From Escherichia phage DCP80, in the sequence record PQ671644.1: a DNA stretch of 64,000 bases. One strand, 5' to 3'. The notes beneath the pieces were generated by a model. That model did not search any database. It was not told the origin of the DNA and was given only the letters and a program-made list of their open reading frames with translations. This document shows, piece by piece, positions 8,351 to 18,260 of this stretch. Numbering within the stretch: position 1 is the stretch's first letter; the number at the start of each line of letters is the position of its first letter. The position numbers and the translations under genes were made by a program.

Positions 8351-8753
8351 TTATCCACCGTTGAGCGTTAAAAAAGGCCTCGAAACTGTTATGAAACAAA
8401 TTGGTATCAAAGTTAACGTTGATTCTTATAAAGCTGATGTTAATGATGAAATCCAAGGTGTAGTAATGGGAATTCAATCCGAGTATCAAGAGCCAACTCC
8501 TATGCAGAAACACCAATTTGTTGACCTGACAGTTAACGTTGGATTGTTTACCAAACGTGATGCATTGCTGTTAGCCGAAGCCGCTGAAGAAATTAAGAAA
8601 ATCGATTTTGCACAAAAACCTTATAATGATTTGGTTGATTTCAAAGTTAACCGCATGTGGGTGTCTTCTGATACGATTGATTTCAGCGAAACAGATTCCG
8701 ATGGTAACGTACAAGCGATAATCATTTTCAATATCCAATACCTCAAAATTTAA
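8331..8753 (+). CDS. Hypothetical virion-module protein (140 aa)
   Basis: Overlaps the upstream ORF by 20 nt, with SD ggggaag. Connector or completion position. Confidence 0.5.
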   Translation: MASSIINYPPLSVKKGLETVMKQIGIKVNVDSYKADVNDEIQGVVMGIQSEYQEPTPMQKHQFVDLTVNVGLFTKRDALLLAEAAEEIKKIDFAQKPYNDLVDFKVNRMWVSSDTIDFSETDSDGNVQAIIIFNIQYLKI

Positions 8754-8759
8754 GGAGCT

Positions 8760-10859
8760 ATGATGGCTGAAGTTTTTGCAGGAACTAAAGTACGTATGGC
8801 TGTTAACGAAGACCTAACTTCTAACAGCCCTATGTACATTGACGCAGGGTATGTACCCTTAGATAATCTGGTTGCATTTCCAGAGATAACCACACAAACT
8901 GAAACATACAAAATGGAATCATATAACGAGGATTATGAGCGCGTTATATTAGGAGCATATGGTTCCGCCCCAGTTACAATCCAAGTTGCCGAAGTTGCCG
9001 ATGATGAAGCACAAGGTATCCTTGACAAGTATCTTAACTCAATGAAAATGTTACGATTCCGTATCATGTGGGTTGAAAAGGAATTACCTCCGGTTGAAGG
9101 TATGCCTGCTGAAGAACAATACAGTGGTCCAACTGCAATCTTTGATGCTTATGTGACTTCTACTCATCTGTCGGGTGGTGAAAACCAAACTGTTATTCGC
9201 AGTTATACATTATCCCCGTTTGGAAAAGTTACACGTGATGTAACAAACCTTGGTGAGTACGTTCGTCGTGGACAATATGGCGTAGGTGGTGGTACAACTG
9301 ATTATCCGGGCCCTACAGACACCAATAGTTATGAAGGTAACCGTTGGGTCAACCTGTCGGCAGCAAGCTCCCAGAACCCATTTGCGGACTCCACAGGGGC
9401 TATGACAGTACAATCAGGTGAGCAAGGTTGGGCATTAGTCGGTTCTTCAACTGGTAACATGATGCTCCGTGCCAGAAACCGTCAGCTATCACGTGTTGGT
9501 GAGTGGACCAAAATCTATACCTCCGCTGAACCACCTACTGCAGCTGAAATTGGTGCTATCCCAACAGTAGGTGATGCTTATGTACAAGGTAACTTGAAAG
9601 CAAACAGCTTCTACGTAACTGATACTGCTGGAACAACTATCACCACGCAGATTAACAAAGACGGTATCACCACTAACGTGTTGAAAATCACAGGCTCTGT
9701 TAACTCTCCTAACTCTAATATCAGCGGCACATCAACGCTTAATATTGTAACGGCGAATAAGTTAACTGCTCAGGAATTGATTTCTCCATTGGCTCGTATT
9801 GATACTGGTACAGTTACAACGTTGGGTTCAACTGATTTCACAGCTTTCGACGCAGTTGTTAATAACAAGTTGGTTGCGAAAGAAGCAGAGATTGATGATT
9901 TAACGATTAACACAAGATTCCACGTAGGTGCAGGTGCTTCGTTCCAGATTGCTGGTAACGTACAATCAGCAACTGTAACTGCAACGGATAAAGTTACAAC
10001 CAAGAACCTTGAAGTACAAGAGGTTGAAAAGGTTGGACAAGTTAACCCTAACCGTGTTTTTATTCACTCTGTAAATGAGACTCCAGAAGCATACGACTCC
10101 ATGAACACAGGTATATCGCCTAAGTTGTCGTTATCCCAAGCAGCAACATTAGTTGGATATGCAGGTGAATTTAAACCAGACGGCTCAACACTGAAAGCTT
10201 ACGAGTTTACAAACAACTTGCAACAGTTAGAAAATGCCAGAATTACCAACTTAACAGTTGTGAATGGAATTGGTGTTAATAACTTATCATTCAGTGGGGC
10301 AATCACAGCTGGTAATAGCGATGCTAAGATTTTGTTAGAAACTCCGGACCAAGTTATTGTCTCAAATGATGCAACTCCTGGAGTAGCTGCAGCTCACTGG
10401 ACTGAAATTCGAGCAGGTGTTATCTACATCGATGGTAAACCAATTTGGCACGATGGTAATATCCCTAACGTTGTACAAATGGGCGGTGTTCCATTAAATG
10501 GTAACTCAACAATAACTGGTGATGTAACTGTTAAAGGCCGTGTTTCTGCTGATTCAATGCGTGTCGGTCCAAACATTTTGATGACAACGGACCTTATAAA
10601 TATTGGTATCGGAACAATCAAAATCGGTGGACAAGAAATTTTCCATCCAGGTAACCCTCCAACTGCTGCACAATGTAAAGCTGTTCCATTAGCTGGTAAC
10701 TCGAGAATGGACGGTGAATTGACAGCTAACAAACTTTACGAGTACAACACTGTTACTTCTACACAAGAACGTGTTTTTAGCCCGTTAAACAGACCAACTG
10801 CAGCAAATGCCGGTGTTATGGTTCTGCTTGGTGACGTTATCGATTTTGGTTTAGAATAA
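8760..10859 (+). CDS. Tail-tube-like N-terminal domain fused to a long fibre with tail-fibre repeats
   Basis: The N-terminal roughly 165 aa align with the 164-aa tube protein at 13211 (FAG..V....ED.T...P..AGY..VP....AFPE...Y...Y.R). The C-terminus has repeats such as IWHDGNIPN..GGVPLNGNSTITG and IFHPGNPPTAAQ..AVPLAGNSRMDG. Confidence 0.6.
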   Translation: MMAEVFAGTKVRMAVNEDLTSNSPMYIDAGYVPLDNLVAFPEITTQTETYKMESYNEDYERVILGAYGSAPVTIQVAEVADDEAQGILDKYLNSMKMLRFRIMWVEKELPPVEGMPAEEQYSGPTAIFDAYVTSTHLSGGENQTVIRSYTLSPFGKVTRDVTNLGEYVRRGQYGVGGGTTDYPGPTDTNSYEGNRWVNLSAASSQNPFADSTGAMTVQSGEQGWALVGSSTGNMMLRARNRQLSRVGEWTKIYTSAEPPTAAEIGAIPTVGDAYVQGNLKANSFYVTDTAGTTITTQINKDGITTNVLKITGSVNSPNSNISGTSTLNIVTANKLTAQELISPLARIDTGTVTTLGSTDFTAFDAVVNNKLVAKEAEIDDLTINTRFHVGAGASFQIAGNVQSATVTATDKVTTKNLEVQEVEKVGQVNPNRVFIHSVNETPEAYDSMNTGISPKLSLSQAATLVGYAGEFKPDGSTLKAYEFTNNLQQLENARITNLTVVNGIGVNNLSFSGAITAGNSDAKILLETPDQVIVSNDATPGVAAAHWTEIRAGVIYIDGKPIWHDGNIPNVVQMGGVPLNGNSTITGDVTVKGRVSADSMRVGPNILMTTDLINIGIGTIKIGGQEIFHPGNPPTAAQCKAVPLAGNSRMDGELTANKLYEYNTVTSTQERVFSPLNRPTAANAGVMVLLGDVIDFGLE

Positions 10860-10867
10860 AATTAATC

Positions 10868-10881
10868 GGGGCTTCGGCCCC
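10868..10881 (+). terminator. C(UUCG)G hairpin (no T-run, possibly an RNA stabiliser)
   Basis: ggggcttcggcccc, 9 nt after the stop codon. Confidence 0.45.
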
Positions 10882-10898
10882 CTAAATGAGGAATTAAA

Positions 10899-13136
10899 AT
10901 GGCTGACGTACGCGCAAATTCAAAATTTAAATTTCGTAGGTCTCGTAACCCTGGTTATATCCCTAAAGCAGCAGACCTATTAGAAGGTGAACTGTTTATC
11001 AACGTTGCTGATAAAAAATTGTATACAAAAGATGAAGAAGGTGGCGTAATTATTGCTATTGGCGGTGGTTCAGGCGGCGGCGGTGGTGAATTAGGCGGTG
11101 GCGCAATTATCATTCGTCCGGAAGACGCAGTTAACAGCAGCGGCAACTTGATTCTTTCTACAACTAAAGTTGGTGAAGCTTCTTATGCTCGTGGTTTATC
11201 TGGTCTTAATATGAAAATGCAGCAATATATACCAACTGATTCAGACCCAATAAACGTTGACTCGCTTTATCTGGAGATTGGCTCCAAAACCCAACTCAAC
11301 GATGGAGCAGCCAACCCTTATGTTGAAATTCCCGGTAAATTGGCATTTGTTACATCTCGCGGAAACTCATCAGGCGTAACAACTGCATCACCTGGTGCAA
11401 CAGTAATAACTGCAAAACCTGGTGCAACATGGCACCGTGAATTTGGTACCCCTGTTGATGAATCAACACTAAAACTTGGCGACGGCACGGTCACGATTTC
11501 TTCAAAAGACATTATAATTGGTAAGAGCACATCAGATGTTTTTACAAAATCTATACAAAATAATATGGTTTATATTAACAGCCCAAATCTTATTTTAGGT
11601 GGTTCTGTTGACATTTCTGGATTAAAAACTTTAAACGGCGGCGCAACCTCAACAATTGATGTTGGTGCTTTAACTTCACAAGGTAACACAGTTGTTAAAG
11701 GTGACCTTTATGTTGAAGGTGAAATTATTTCTGGCTCCCCAACTCCAGGTCCAAAGCCTTTAGAAGACTTAGCTGGATTAAGTTTAAAATTAACATATGG
11801 TGCAACAGTTGGTACTAATATTGATGCTGGTGGTTATGTTCGTTTAAAAGACGAATTAACTGTTAAAGGTAAACAAAATACAACTGATTACGAATTTAGT
11901 ATCCAACATCGTAATCGTTCCGGTGAAGACTGGGAAGGTAACACAATTTTTTATTCAGAAACTTTCTTAAAATCAACTAATGATGTTTATTTTGTTTCAG
12001 AAATTAATGAATTTACAACTTCTGACCCAACTTATCAAAACATAAGAGCAGCTAATATCCGTGGTAGCAATGGTACCTTTAGTGGTAATTTAACTGGTTA
12101 TTATGGTGGATTCTTTGATAATAATATCACAATCAACGAAAACGGTATTAATTTAGCAAATGATTCTGGTTATTCACTTGGATTAAACTTCTTCAGTAAT
12201 AAATCTGTTGCAATCAGTCTGAAAACTGAAGCCGATGGTGCTGGTCTGGTAACCGATTATAATGCATCTTATACCAAGTTGAAAGATGATGAATTTGTTA
12301 TCGGTACCTCAATTGGTGATGGTTTTAAAGGTGTTACAATCAATAACGTTAAAGAGACAAACGCGGGCGTAACTGTTACTCCTTCCGTTTCTTCTACAAC
12401 TGTTAAACTGATTGAAGCTAACTATGGTAACTTTTCTCCATATATCAGTTCAACGTCCAACAGCATCACTATTGCACCTGATGAACAATCTAAAGTAACT
12501 TTTAGTAACACTGGTGTAGTATTTGGCCGTGAAGTTACAACTCCTGCTGTTCAATTAGGTCAGGCCAGGGTTGAGCAAACTGGTAACATCCTGGGTGGTA
12601 CATGGGGTGTAGACCTTAAGAGTTATATCAATAACCAGATTGCAAATGGATTTGTTAACGTTACAACCAACACTGTACAACTTCCTGATGCATTAATCAG
12701 TGCAGACGGTAACGTAACTGGTGGTATCTGGGGCACTGATAAGACTTTGAAAGAGTATATCGATGCTAATGCAGGCGGTGGCGGCGGTTCAGGTGGTCGT
12801 AAAGAAGCGGTTAAAGTTTGGACTGGTTCTGTATCCGGCGCGGCGAACACAAGCCCGATGACTATTACTTCTACAGAAGATGGTGACTTCCGTTGCGGTG
12901 GAAAGTTAATGCTTAAAGAATCATCTGGTGCTTGGTTAGAGTATGATTTTGATTGTCCAGATTCAGCATCACCTCCGGCTGGCACTGTTCAGTTTAACAG
13001 ACAAATCTTTTCTCAGAACACAGGCGCATCTGATATGATTCTTGCTCAGAACAGCATGTCCGGTACAAAAACTACATGGTCGCTTTACGGTCACGCTCGT
13101 AAAACATACACCGAAGCTTGGTGGCGTCCATACTGA
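10899..13136 (+). CDS. Tail fibre protein (745 aa)
   Basis: N-terminal fibre motif LLEGELFINVADKKLYTKDEEGGVI. Two Gly-rich linkers (GGGSGGGGGELGGG and AGGGGGSGG). A distinct C-terminal roughly 110-aa Cys-containing domain. Confidence 0.6.
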   Translation: MADVRANSKFKFRRSRNPGYIPKAADLLEGELFINVADKKLYTKDEEGGVIIAIGGGSGGGGGELGGGAIIIRPEDAVNSSGNLILSTTKVGEASYARGLSGLNMKMQQYIPTDSDPINVDSLYLEIGSKTQLNDGAANPYVEIPGKLAFVTSRGNSSGVTTASPGATVITAKPGATWHREFGTPVDESTLKLGDGTVTISSKDIIIGKSTSDVFTKSIQNNMVYINSPNLILGGSVDISGLKTLNGGATSTIDVGALTSQGNTVVKGDLYVEGEIISGSPTPGPKPLEDLAGLSLKLTYGATVGTNIDAGGYVRLKDELTVKGKQNTTDYEFSIQHRNRSGEDWEGNTIFYSETFLKSTNDVYFVSEINEFTTSDPTYQNIRAANIRGSNGTFSGNLTGYYGGFFDNNITINENGINLANDSGYSLGLNFFSNKSVAISLKTEADGAGLVTDYNASYTKLKDDEFVIGTSIGDGFKGVTINNVKETNAGVTVTPSVSSTTVKLIEANYGNFSPYISSTSNSITIAPDEQSKVTFSNTGVVFGREVTTPAVQLGQARVEQTGNILGGTWGVDLKSYINNQIANGFVNVTTNTVQLPDALISADGNVTGGIWGTDKTLKEYIDANAGGGGGSGGRKEAVKVWTGSVSGAANTSPMTITSTEDGDFRCGGKLMLKESSGAWLEYDFDCPDSASPPAGTVQFNRQIFSQNTGASDMILAQNSMSGTKTTWSLYGHARKTYTEAWWRPY

Positions 13137-13138
13137 TA

Positions 13139-13159
13139 GAAGGCCTTCGGGCCTTTTTC
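13139..13159 (+). terminator. C(UUCG)G hairpin plus T-run terminator
   Basis: aaggccttcgggccttttt. Confidence 0.7.
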
Positions 13160-13164
13160 AGCGT

Positions 13165-13172
13165 TATAAATA
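13165..13172 (+). promoter_or_regulatory. T4-type late promoter TATAAATA
   Basis: gTTATAAATAatattg lies 39 nt upstream of the ATG at 13211. Confidence 0.7.
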
Positions 13173-13210
13173 ATATTGTAAATTAACCCCAAATAAAAGG
13201 AAACTAAACA

Positions 13211-13705
13211 ATGTCTACATTTGATATTTTTGCAGGTTCGTATGTATCGGTTTTCATGACTGAAGACATCACTAACAAACTCCCGGCTTTCGCAGGTTAT
13301 AAATTTGTTCCAGAAACGGGTGCTTTCCCTGAATCCGGTTCAGAGCGTCAGGTAATCGATGTTCCTAACTACTCTGATAACTATAACCGTAAACTGGTTG
13401 GTCGTGGTTCTGTTCCGGCTATTGACCTTACTGTTAACTACAAAGCTGGCTCTATCCATGATACTCTTTCTAAATTGTCTGATGACGGTAAACGCTTCCA
13501 GATTAAAATTGTATACTGGATGGACGGTACTTATACTGATGGTATCGCAATCATCTATAATGGCTTCTTGAGTTCAGACCGTACAACTGGTTCTGATAGT
13601 TCTGCTGTTCAGAAAGTGTTTACGTTTGAAGTTGATGGTGGCCCGGTTGCTCGTGCTATCGTTACAGGCAGCGGTGAGAAACCTACCGAAGAGCCTATCG
13701 TTTAA
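13211..13705 (+). CDS. Major tail (tube) protein (164 aa)
   Basis: Lies immediately upstream of the chaperone pair and tape measure. Strong codon bias, own late promoter and terminator. Confidence 0.65.
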   Translation: MSTFDIFAGSYVSVFMTEDITNKLPAFAGYKFVPETGAFPESGSERQVIDVPNYSDNYNRKLVGRGSVPAIDLTVNYKAGSIHDTLSKLSDDGKRFQIKIVYWMDGTYTDGIAIIYNGFLSSDRTTGSDSSAVQKVFTFEVDGGPVARAIVTGSGEKPTEEPIV

Positions 13706-13710
13706 TGAAC

Positions 13711-13732
13711 GGGACCTTCGGGTCCCTTTTTT
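13711..13732 (+). terminator. C(UUCG)G hairpin plus T-run terminator
   Basis: gggaccttcgggtccc followed by tttttt. Confidence 0.75.
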
Positions 13733-13735
13733 GTT

Positions 13736-13743
13736 TATAAATA
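13736..13743 (+). promoter_or_regulatory. T4-type late promoter TATAAATA
   Basis: tTTATAAATAttg lies 34 nt upstream of the ATG at 13777. Confidence 0.65.
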
Positions 13744-13776
13744 TTGCTATATAATAACCTAACCAAAGAGGCTGAT

Positions 13777-14133
13777 ATGAACTTAGATGAATTAATGGAA
13801 GCGGTAACCCCTGAAGGGTTGGAATTCCTGGAAGTAAAATTAAAAGACAAAACTTTTAAATTCTATTGTCAACCAATGGACCTGAAAACTTATCAACTTT
13901 TTACAATGAACAGAGACCTTGCTGCTGTTGCTCCTTACGTTATTATGAAAGGGATTGTTGATGTTGACCGTAACCCTATTTTTAAAACAGCAAAACAAGT
14001 AACAAACCTGCCCACATGGTTGCAGAGTGATTTATTCAACTACGTTTTCGCATTTACAACTCGTTTGCCAGAAGACGTTGAGATTGAACAAAGTTTAAAG
14101 CCGATTGGGTCAAAAGATTCCGCTACCGATTAA
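13777..14133 (+). CDS. Tail assembly chaperone (gpG analogue)
   Basis: ATG with SD aaagagg (M12 of the track ORF). Sits between the tube and tape measure genes. Confidence 0.6.
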   Translation: MNLDELMEAVTPEGLEFLEVKLKDKTFKFYCQPMDLKTYQLFTMNRDLAAVAPYVIMKGIVDVDRNPIFKTAKQVTNLPTWLQSDLFNYVFAFTTRLPEDVEIEQSLKPIGSKDSATD

Positions 14134-14462
14134 TTCTTCGTGGATTGCTTCCAGAGATTATTGATAGCATGTCATTGCATGAATTTAAAGAGCTCTATAT
14201 TATGGATACCTATTTGGAACCGCAAGGACCAAACGCAGACGAAATGAGAGCAGCCAGACAAATTCATGCTCAATATATGACATCTCCAAACATGACCGCA
14301 AAAGCTGCTAAGGAAATTAAAGTTACAAACTTTACAATGCTTGGTAAAAATGTGTTCAAAACTCAGGAAGACATCATTGAAGAGAATAAAATCAAACAGA
14401 AAGAGGCTATGGAGCTTCAATTCGGCGACCTTTTGGCCCAAATGAAAAAAGAGGAAAAATAA
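13777..14462 (+). CDS. Tail assembly chaperone GT-type frameshift fusion (13777..14100 joined to 14100..14462)
   Basis: Canonical G/GT arrangement upstream of the tape measure. The downstream ORF lacks a convincing independent start (TTG at 14145). Confidence 0.5.
14094..14100 (+). promoter_or_regulatory. -1 programmed frameshift slippery heptamer T_TTA_AAG
   Basis: The heptamer is in phase with the G frame (codons TTA 14095 and AAG 14098). The -1 frame is open from 14088 through 14462. Confidence 0.6.
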
Positions 14463-16877
14463 ATGGCTGGTTCAAATTATAATTTAGAGATTACAGGTGA
14501 TAATAATAAATTTAAGCGTGTTGTCTCCGATTCCATGAAGCAGCTTGATGATTTATCTAAAAAAACCGGTGGTGCTTTTGCAAGCATCTCCGGTCAAATG
14601 GGTAATATGTCAGGACTGTTAAGCTCTATTAAAGGACTCCCTGCGCCATTGATGGCTGTTGGTGCTGCTGCTTCTGCGGCTTCATTAGCTTTTGATGCTT
14701 TTAACAAATCAAGAGACCAAGTTGCTGACCTTAATAAGTTGTCAACTGCAACAGGATTAACTGTTGAAGAATTACAGAAAATAACAAACGCTTTCAAAGA
14801 AACTGGTATTGAAATGGAACAATTCACGGCTATTAACCAGGACACGCTTGATAAGTTAGCAGACGGTGTTAAAGATGGTTCCGGTATTGTACAAGACCTG
14901 AAAGATTATGGAATCGAAGTACAACAATACTCCGAATTTATTAACCAGGCAAATGGTGGTTTAAAAGCTGTTATTCGTACGTTCTATGAAATGCAAGCAG
15001 CTGGTAAATCTCAAGCAGAAATGATTAACATGATGGAAGCAATGGGTTCAGACGCTTCTAAACTGATTCCTATTCTTAAGAATCTGGGTTCAGAACAATT
15101 AGCTCTCCAACACATCAATGGACAATCTGTTACTGTTACTAATGAAATGGCCGAATCTTACAAAGCATATGAAACAGCATTGTCAAAAATGTCAACAGAA
15201 GTTGATGCTCTGCGTAACGATGCAATGGTACCATTTGTTGAAATCATGACGGATATCCTGGAAGATGGTGGAAAGGTAATTCAAATTATTAACTCCATTC
15301 GTACTGATGATTCACAGGAAAACATCAAACGTTTAACAAAAGAATTTGGTGCATTAGCCGAATCTATTAAATTCGTTGCGGACACGTGGGACATGTTAAC
15401 TGGACTGGAACATTGGCTTGATGATGCAAAAGATAAATCCCAATCATGGATTGCAGATGGATTGGCAAGTGCAAGTAACAATGCGTTTGGTACGAATTTT
15501 AAAACAGATTCGATGATTAAATCTAACGCGCAAATTTCTGCCCGTGATTATGATATATCAGGTCCAGCTCCGCAAGGTGATTGGAAACCGGCAGCTCCCA
15601 AAACTCCTGACCCTAATGTCAATATGTATAACAAGGAAGATAACGATAAGGCTAAAAAGGCTAAATCTGCACAAGATGCGGCTAAGAAAGCAGCAGCGGA
15701 AATGGCTAAGCAGTTGGCTGAACGTAAGGCTATGCTTGCAGAAATTAATACAATTAACCAGAGTCTTTATACACAACAAGCATCAACCTTCGCAGCTGAA
15801 TCACAGCAGGCGGAAGCAAACGTTGCTAAGTTGCAGGAATTGCTCAGTAAAGGTATTATTACACAGCAAGAGTTTGAAACTAAACGTAAAGCTATCATAG
15901 ACCAATCAAGCTTCAACCTTGAACAAACTTTGCTTGGTACAACTGATGGTGACCTGTCAACTATCCTGGCTGGTATCAATCAGGTTTATACAGACACTAA
16001 CAATAACTTGAAATCCCAGTTGGAAGCACGTCTGATTACTCAGGAACAGTATAATCAGAAACTGGAATTAAACGAACAGATGCATACAGCAAGGATGTAT
16101 GAATTCCAAGTTGCAAAGGACAACTCCCTCCAGGCTCTTCGTGAATTAGGATTCACAACTGATGAAGAAAACTTCCAGATGGAAATGGAAAAAATGGACG
16201 AACAATTTGAGAAATTACAAGCTGATAACCAAGCTCGTTATGATGCACAGATTATTTCTTATGAAGAATTTCTGGCTTCTAAAGCTCGATTGGAAGATGT
16301 TTATGCAGCCAAATCAACTCAGTTGGAAAATGACCGAATGAAATCCAACCTGGCCGTTGGTGAATCTCTGGCAACTTCTATGCAGGGAATCTTTGCAGGT
16401 GCTTTTGGTGAACAATCTAAAGCTGCTAAAGCCGCGTTTGTTGTATCAAAATCTTTAGCAATCGCTCAGAGTACAATGGACGCTCACTCTGCTGCAACTA
16501 AAGCTCTGGCAACTTATCCACAACCAATGGGTGGAATCATGGCTGGTGCTGCTTATGCTCAGGTTCTGGCACAGGTTGCATCGATTAAATCCACCAACCT
16601 AACTGGTATGGCTCACGATGGCATTGATACCGTTCCAGAAGAAGGCACATGGTTACTCCAGAAGGGTGAACGTGTGGTTGATAACAGGACTAACCAAGAC
16701 CTGAAAGATTTCCTTCGTGATGGTTCCGGTTCAGGTGGTAATCCGATTGAGATTAATGCCCCATTAAATATCAGTGGGAACGTCGATTCTTCTGACAGAA
16801 TGGTAATGGATGCGATTAACCGTTATCCTGAAGAGGTTGCTCGCATGGTCGAGAAAGCACAATCTAAACGCATGTAA
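14463..16877 (+). CDS. Tape measure protein (804 aa)
   Basis: Long alpha-helical, coiled-coil and Ala-rich protein in the canonical position. The C-terminal block GMAHDGIDTVPEEGTWLLQKGERVV resembles lambda-H C-terminal domains. Confidence 0.85.
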   Translation: MAGSNYNLEITGDNNKFKRVVSDSMKQLDDLSKKTGGAFASISGQMGNMSGLLSSIKGLPAPLMAVGAAASAASLAFDAFNKSRDQVADLNKLSTATGLTVEELQKITNAFKETGIEMEQFTAINQDTLDKLADGVKDGSGIVQDLKDYGIEVQQYSEFINQANGGLKAVIRTFYEMQAAGKSQAEMINMMEAMGSDASKLIPILKNLGSEQLALQHINGQSVTVTNEMAESYKAYETALSKMSTEVDALRNDAMVPFVEIMTDILEDGGKVIQIINSIRTDDSQENIKRLTKEFGALAESIKFVADTWDMLTGLEHWLDDAKDKSQSWIADGLASASNNAFGTNFKTDSMIKSNAQISARDYDISGPAPQGDWKPAAPKTPDPNVNMYNKEDNDKAKKAKSAQDAAKKAAAEMAKQLAERKAMLAEINTINQSLYTQQASTFAAESQQAEANVAKLQELLSKGIITQQEFETKRKAIIDQSSFNLEQTLLGTTDGDLSTILAGINQVYTDTNNNLKSQLEARLITQEQYNQKLELNEQMHTARMYEFQVAKDNSLQALRELGFTTDEENFQMEMEKMDEQFEKLQADNQARYDAQIISYEEFLASKARLEDVYAAKSTQLENDRMKSNLAVGESLATSMQGIFAGAFGEQSKAAKAAFVVSKSLAIAQSTMDAHSAATKALATYPQPMGGIMAGAAYAQVLAQVASIKSTNLTGMAHDGIDTVPEEGTWLLQKGERVVDNRTNQDLKDFLRDGSGSGGNPIEINAPLNISGNVDSSDRMVMDAINRYPEEVARMVEKAQSKRM

Positions 16878-16891
16878 GGGGCTTCGGCCCC
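16878..16891 (+). terminator. C(UUCG)G hairpin (no T-run)
   Basis: ggggcttcggcccc directly after the stop codon. Confidence 0.4.
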
Positions 16892-16904
16892 CATAAGGAA
16901 CAAT

Positions 16905-17465
16905 ATGATTAACAGTAAAGAAGTTGTCTTAACAGACATGAAACTAAGCGATAACGCTCAGGTGTTTACCTCCCAAACATTTACAGGGAAGGTACAACGT
17001 CGATTCTCCGGGATTCAATATTACACGCTGAAATTCAGTGCTCAGTATAACAAAAAAGATATTGCAGTTGTTAAAAGATTTTTGACAGAGTATAGATTTG
17101 GTAAACCATTTAACCTGCCGCTTCCTAAGTACTCCGGTTCAACTAGCACGGTAACTGGTAACGTTGCTGCTGCTATTGCTGCTCCAGCTGGTTCACGAAA
17201 GGTTAAACTTTCAGGATTCACGGGTCAGCTTGATGTTGGTACGGTTATTCAATTTGCTAACCATAAAAAATTATACCAAGTTGCATCAGATACAAGAGGT
17301 AACGGTGAACTTTCTATCGTTCCTAATCTGCGAGCTGCTGTACAAGTTGGTGAATTGATTAAGTACAGGAACATCGAAGGTAGCTTTATCCTTACAACTG
17401 ACTCTGTAGAATGGCCACAAACCGAACTGCAAACTATTGAACTAGAGGCGACAGAAAACGTATGA
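16905..17465 (+). CDS. Minor tail protein (gpM position)
   Basis: First gene after the tape measure. Assigned by position only. Confidence 0.45.
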   Translation: MINSKEVVLTDMKLSDNAQVFTSQTFTGKVQRRFSGIQYYTLKFSAQYNKKDIAVVKRFLTEYRFGKPFNLPLPKYSGSTSTVTGNVAAAIAAPAGSRKVKLSGFTGQLDVGTVIQFANHKKLYQVASDTRGNGELSIVPNLRAAVQVGELIKYRNIEGSFILTTDSVEWPQTELQTIELEATENV

Positions 17466-18124
17466 CAATTAATGAAATCAAAGCAGCGTTTGAAAAGCTT
17501 GGCACCAACCCAGATTTTCTGGAAGTGTACAACCTTTACAATGGTACGAGCAAAACATCACTAACGGTATCAGAAGTGCAATCAATTGGTTACGCGTACA
17601 ACATTGTTAAAATTCAGCTCAAACAAGATACATTATATCTAACTGATTGTGGTTATGACATCCTTTATAACGGAAATCTATATCTGGCATCAGGTGATTT
17701 CATGGGAATGGGAGCAATCTCTGATTCTAAAGAAATCAATAACAAAGGACTGTCTGTAACAATGGCTAACATCAAGCCCGAATTTGCAGACCGTGTTACA
17801 AGTGGACAATTTAAAAATGCTCCAGTTGAGTTAAGTATTTGTTTTATAAACCCTAATACTGGTGTTCCTGAAGTTGTTTATTCAGTTTTCTCTGGTTCAG
17901 TTGATTCTGTCCAGATAACGCTTTCTCCAGATTCTAATGGAACAGCTATCAGCAATAGCATTAAAGCTGAGTTAAATAGCATCTGGGAAATTCTGGCTTC
18001 TAAGCCGAGGGCTCATTGTTCTGATGCTGTACATCGTTCAACACCAGGCAATGAGAATGATATGTTCTTCAGCCGAATCGGTAAATGGAATTCTGAAGAG
18101 GTGTGGAAATCAGGTAAACGATAA
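17462..18124 (+). CDS. Minor tail protein (gpL position)
   Basis: ATGA overlap with the upstream gene. 220 aa, close to lambda gpL in size. Assigned by position. Confidence 0.45.
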   Translation: MTINEIKAAFEKLGTNPDFLEVYNLYNGTSKTSLTVSEVQSIGYAYNIVKIQLKQDTLYLTDCGYDILYNGNLYLASGDFMGMGAISDSKEINNKGLSVTMANIKPEFADRVTSGQFKNAPVELSICFINPNTGVPEVVYSVFSGSVDSVQITLSPDSNGTAISNSIKAELNSIWEILASKPRAHCSDAVHRSTPGNENDMFFSRIGKWNSEEVWKSGKR

Positions 18125-18186
18125 GAGACCATATGGATACTGAACAAACTGCTTTAAAATTTAGTAAAATGCAATAGCCTAACCAG

Positions 18187-18208
18187 GGGACCTTCGGGTC
18201 CCTTTTTT
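18187..18208 (+). terminator. C(UUCG)G hairpin plus T-run terminator
   Basis: gggaccttcgggtccc followed by tttttt. Confidence 0.75.
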
Positions 18209-18211
18209 CGT

Positions 18212-18219
18212 TATAAATA
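18212..18219 (+). promoter_or_regulatory. T4-type late promoter TATAAATA
   Basis: gTTATAAATAaag lies 42 nt upstream of the ATG at 18261. Confidence 0.65.
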
Positions 18220-18260
18220 AAGTAACAAAAGTTTAGAAATTAAAATAATTCTTAGGGGGA

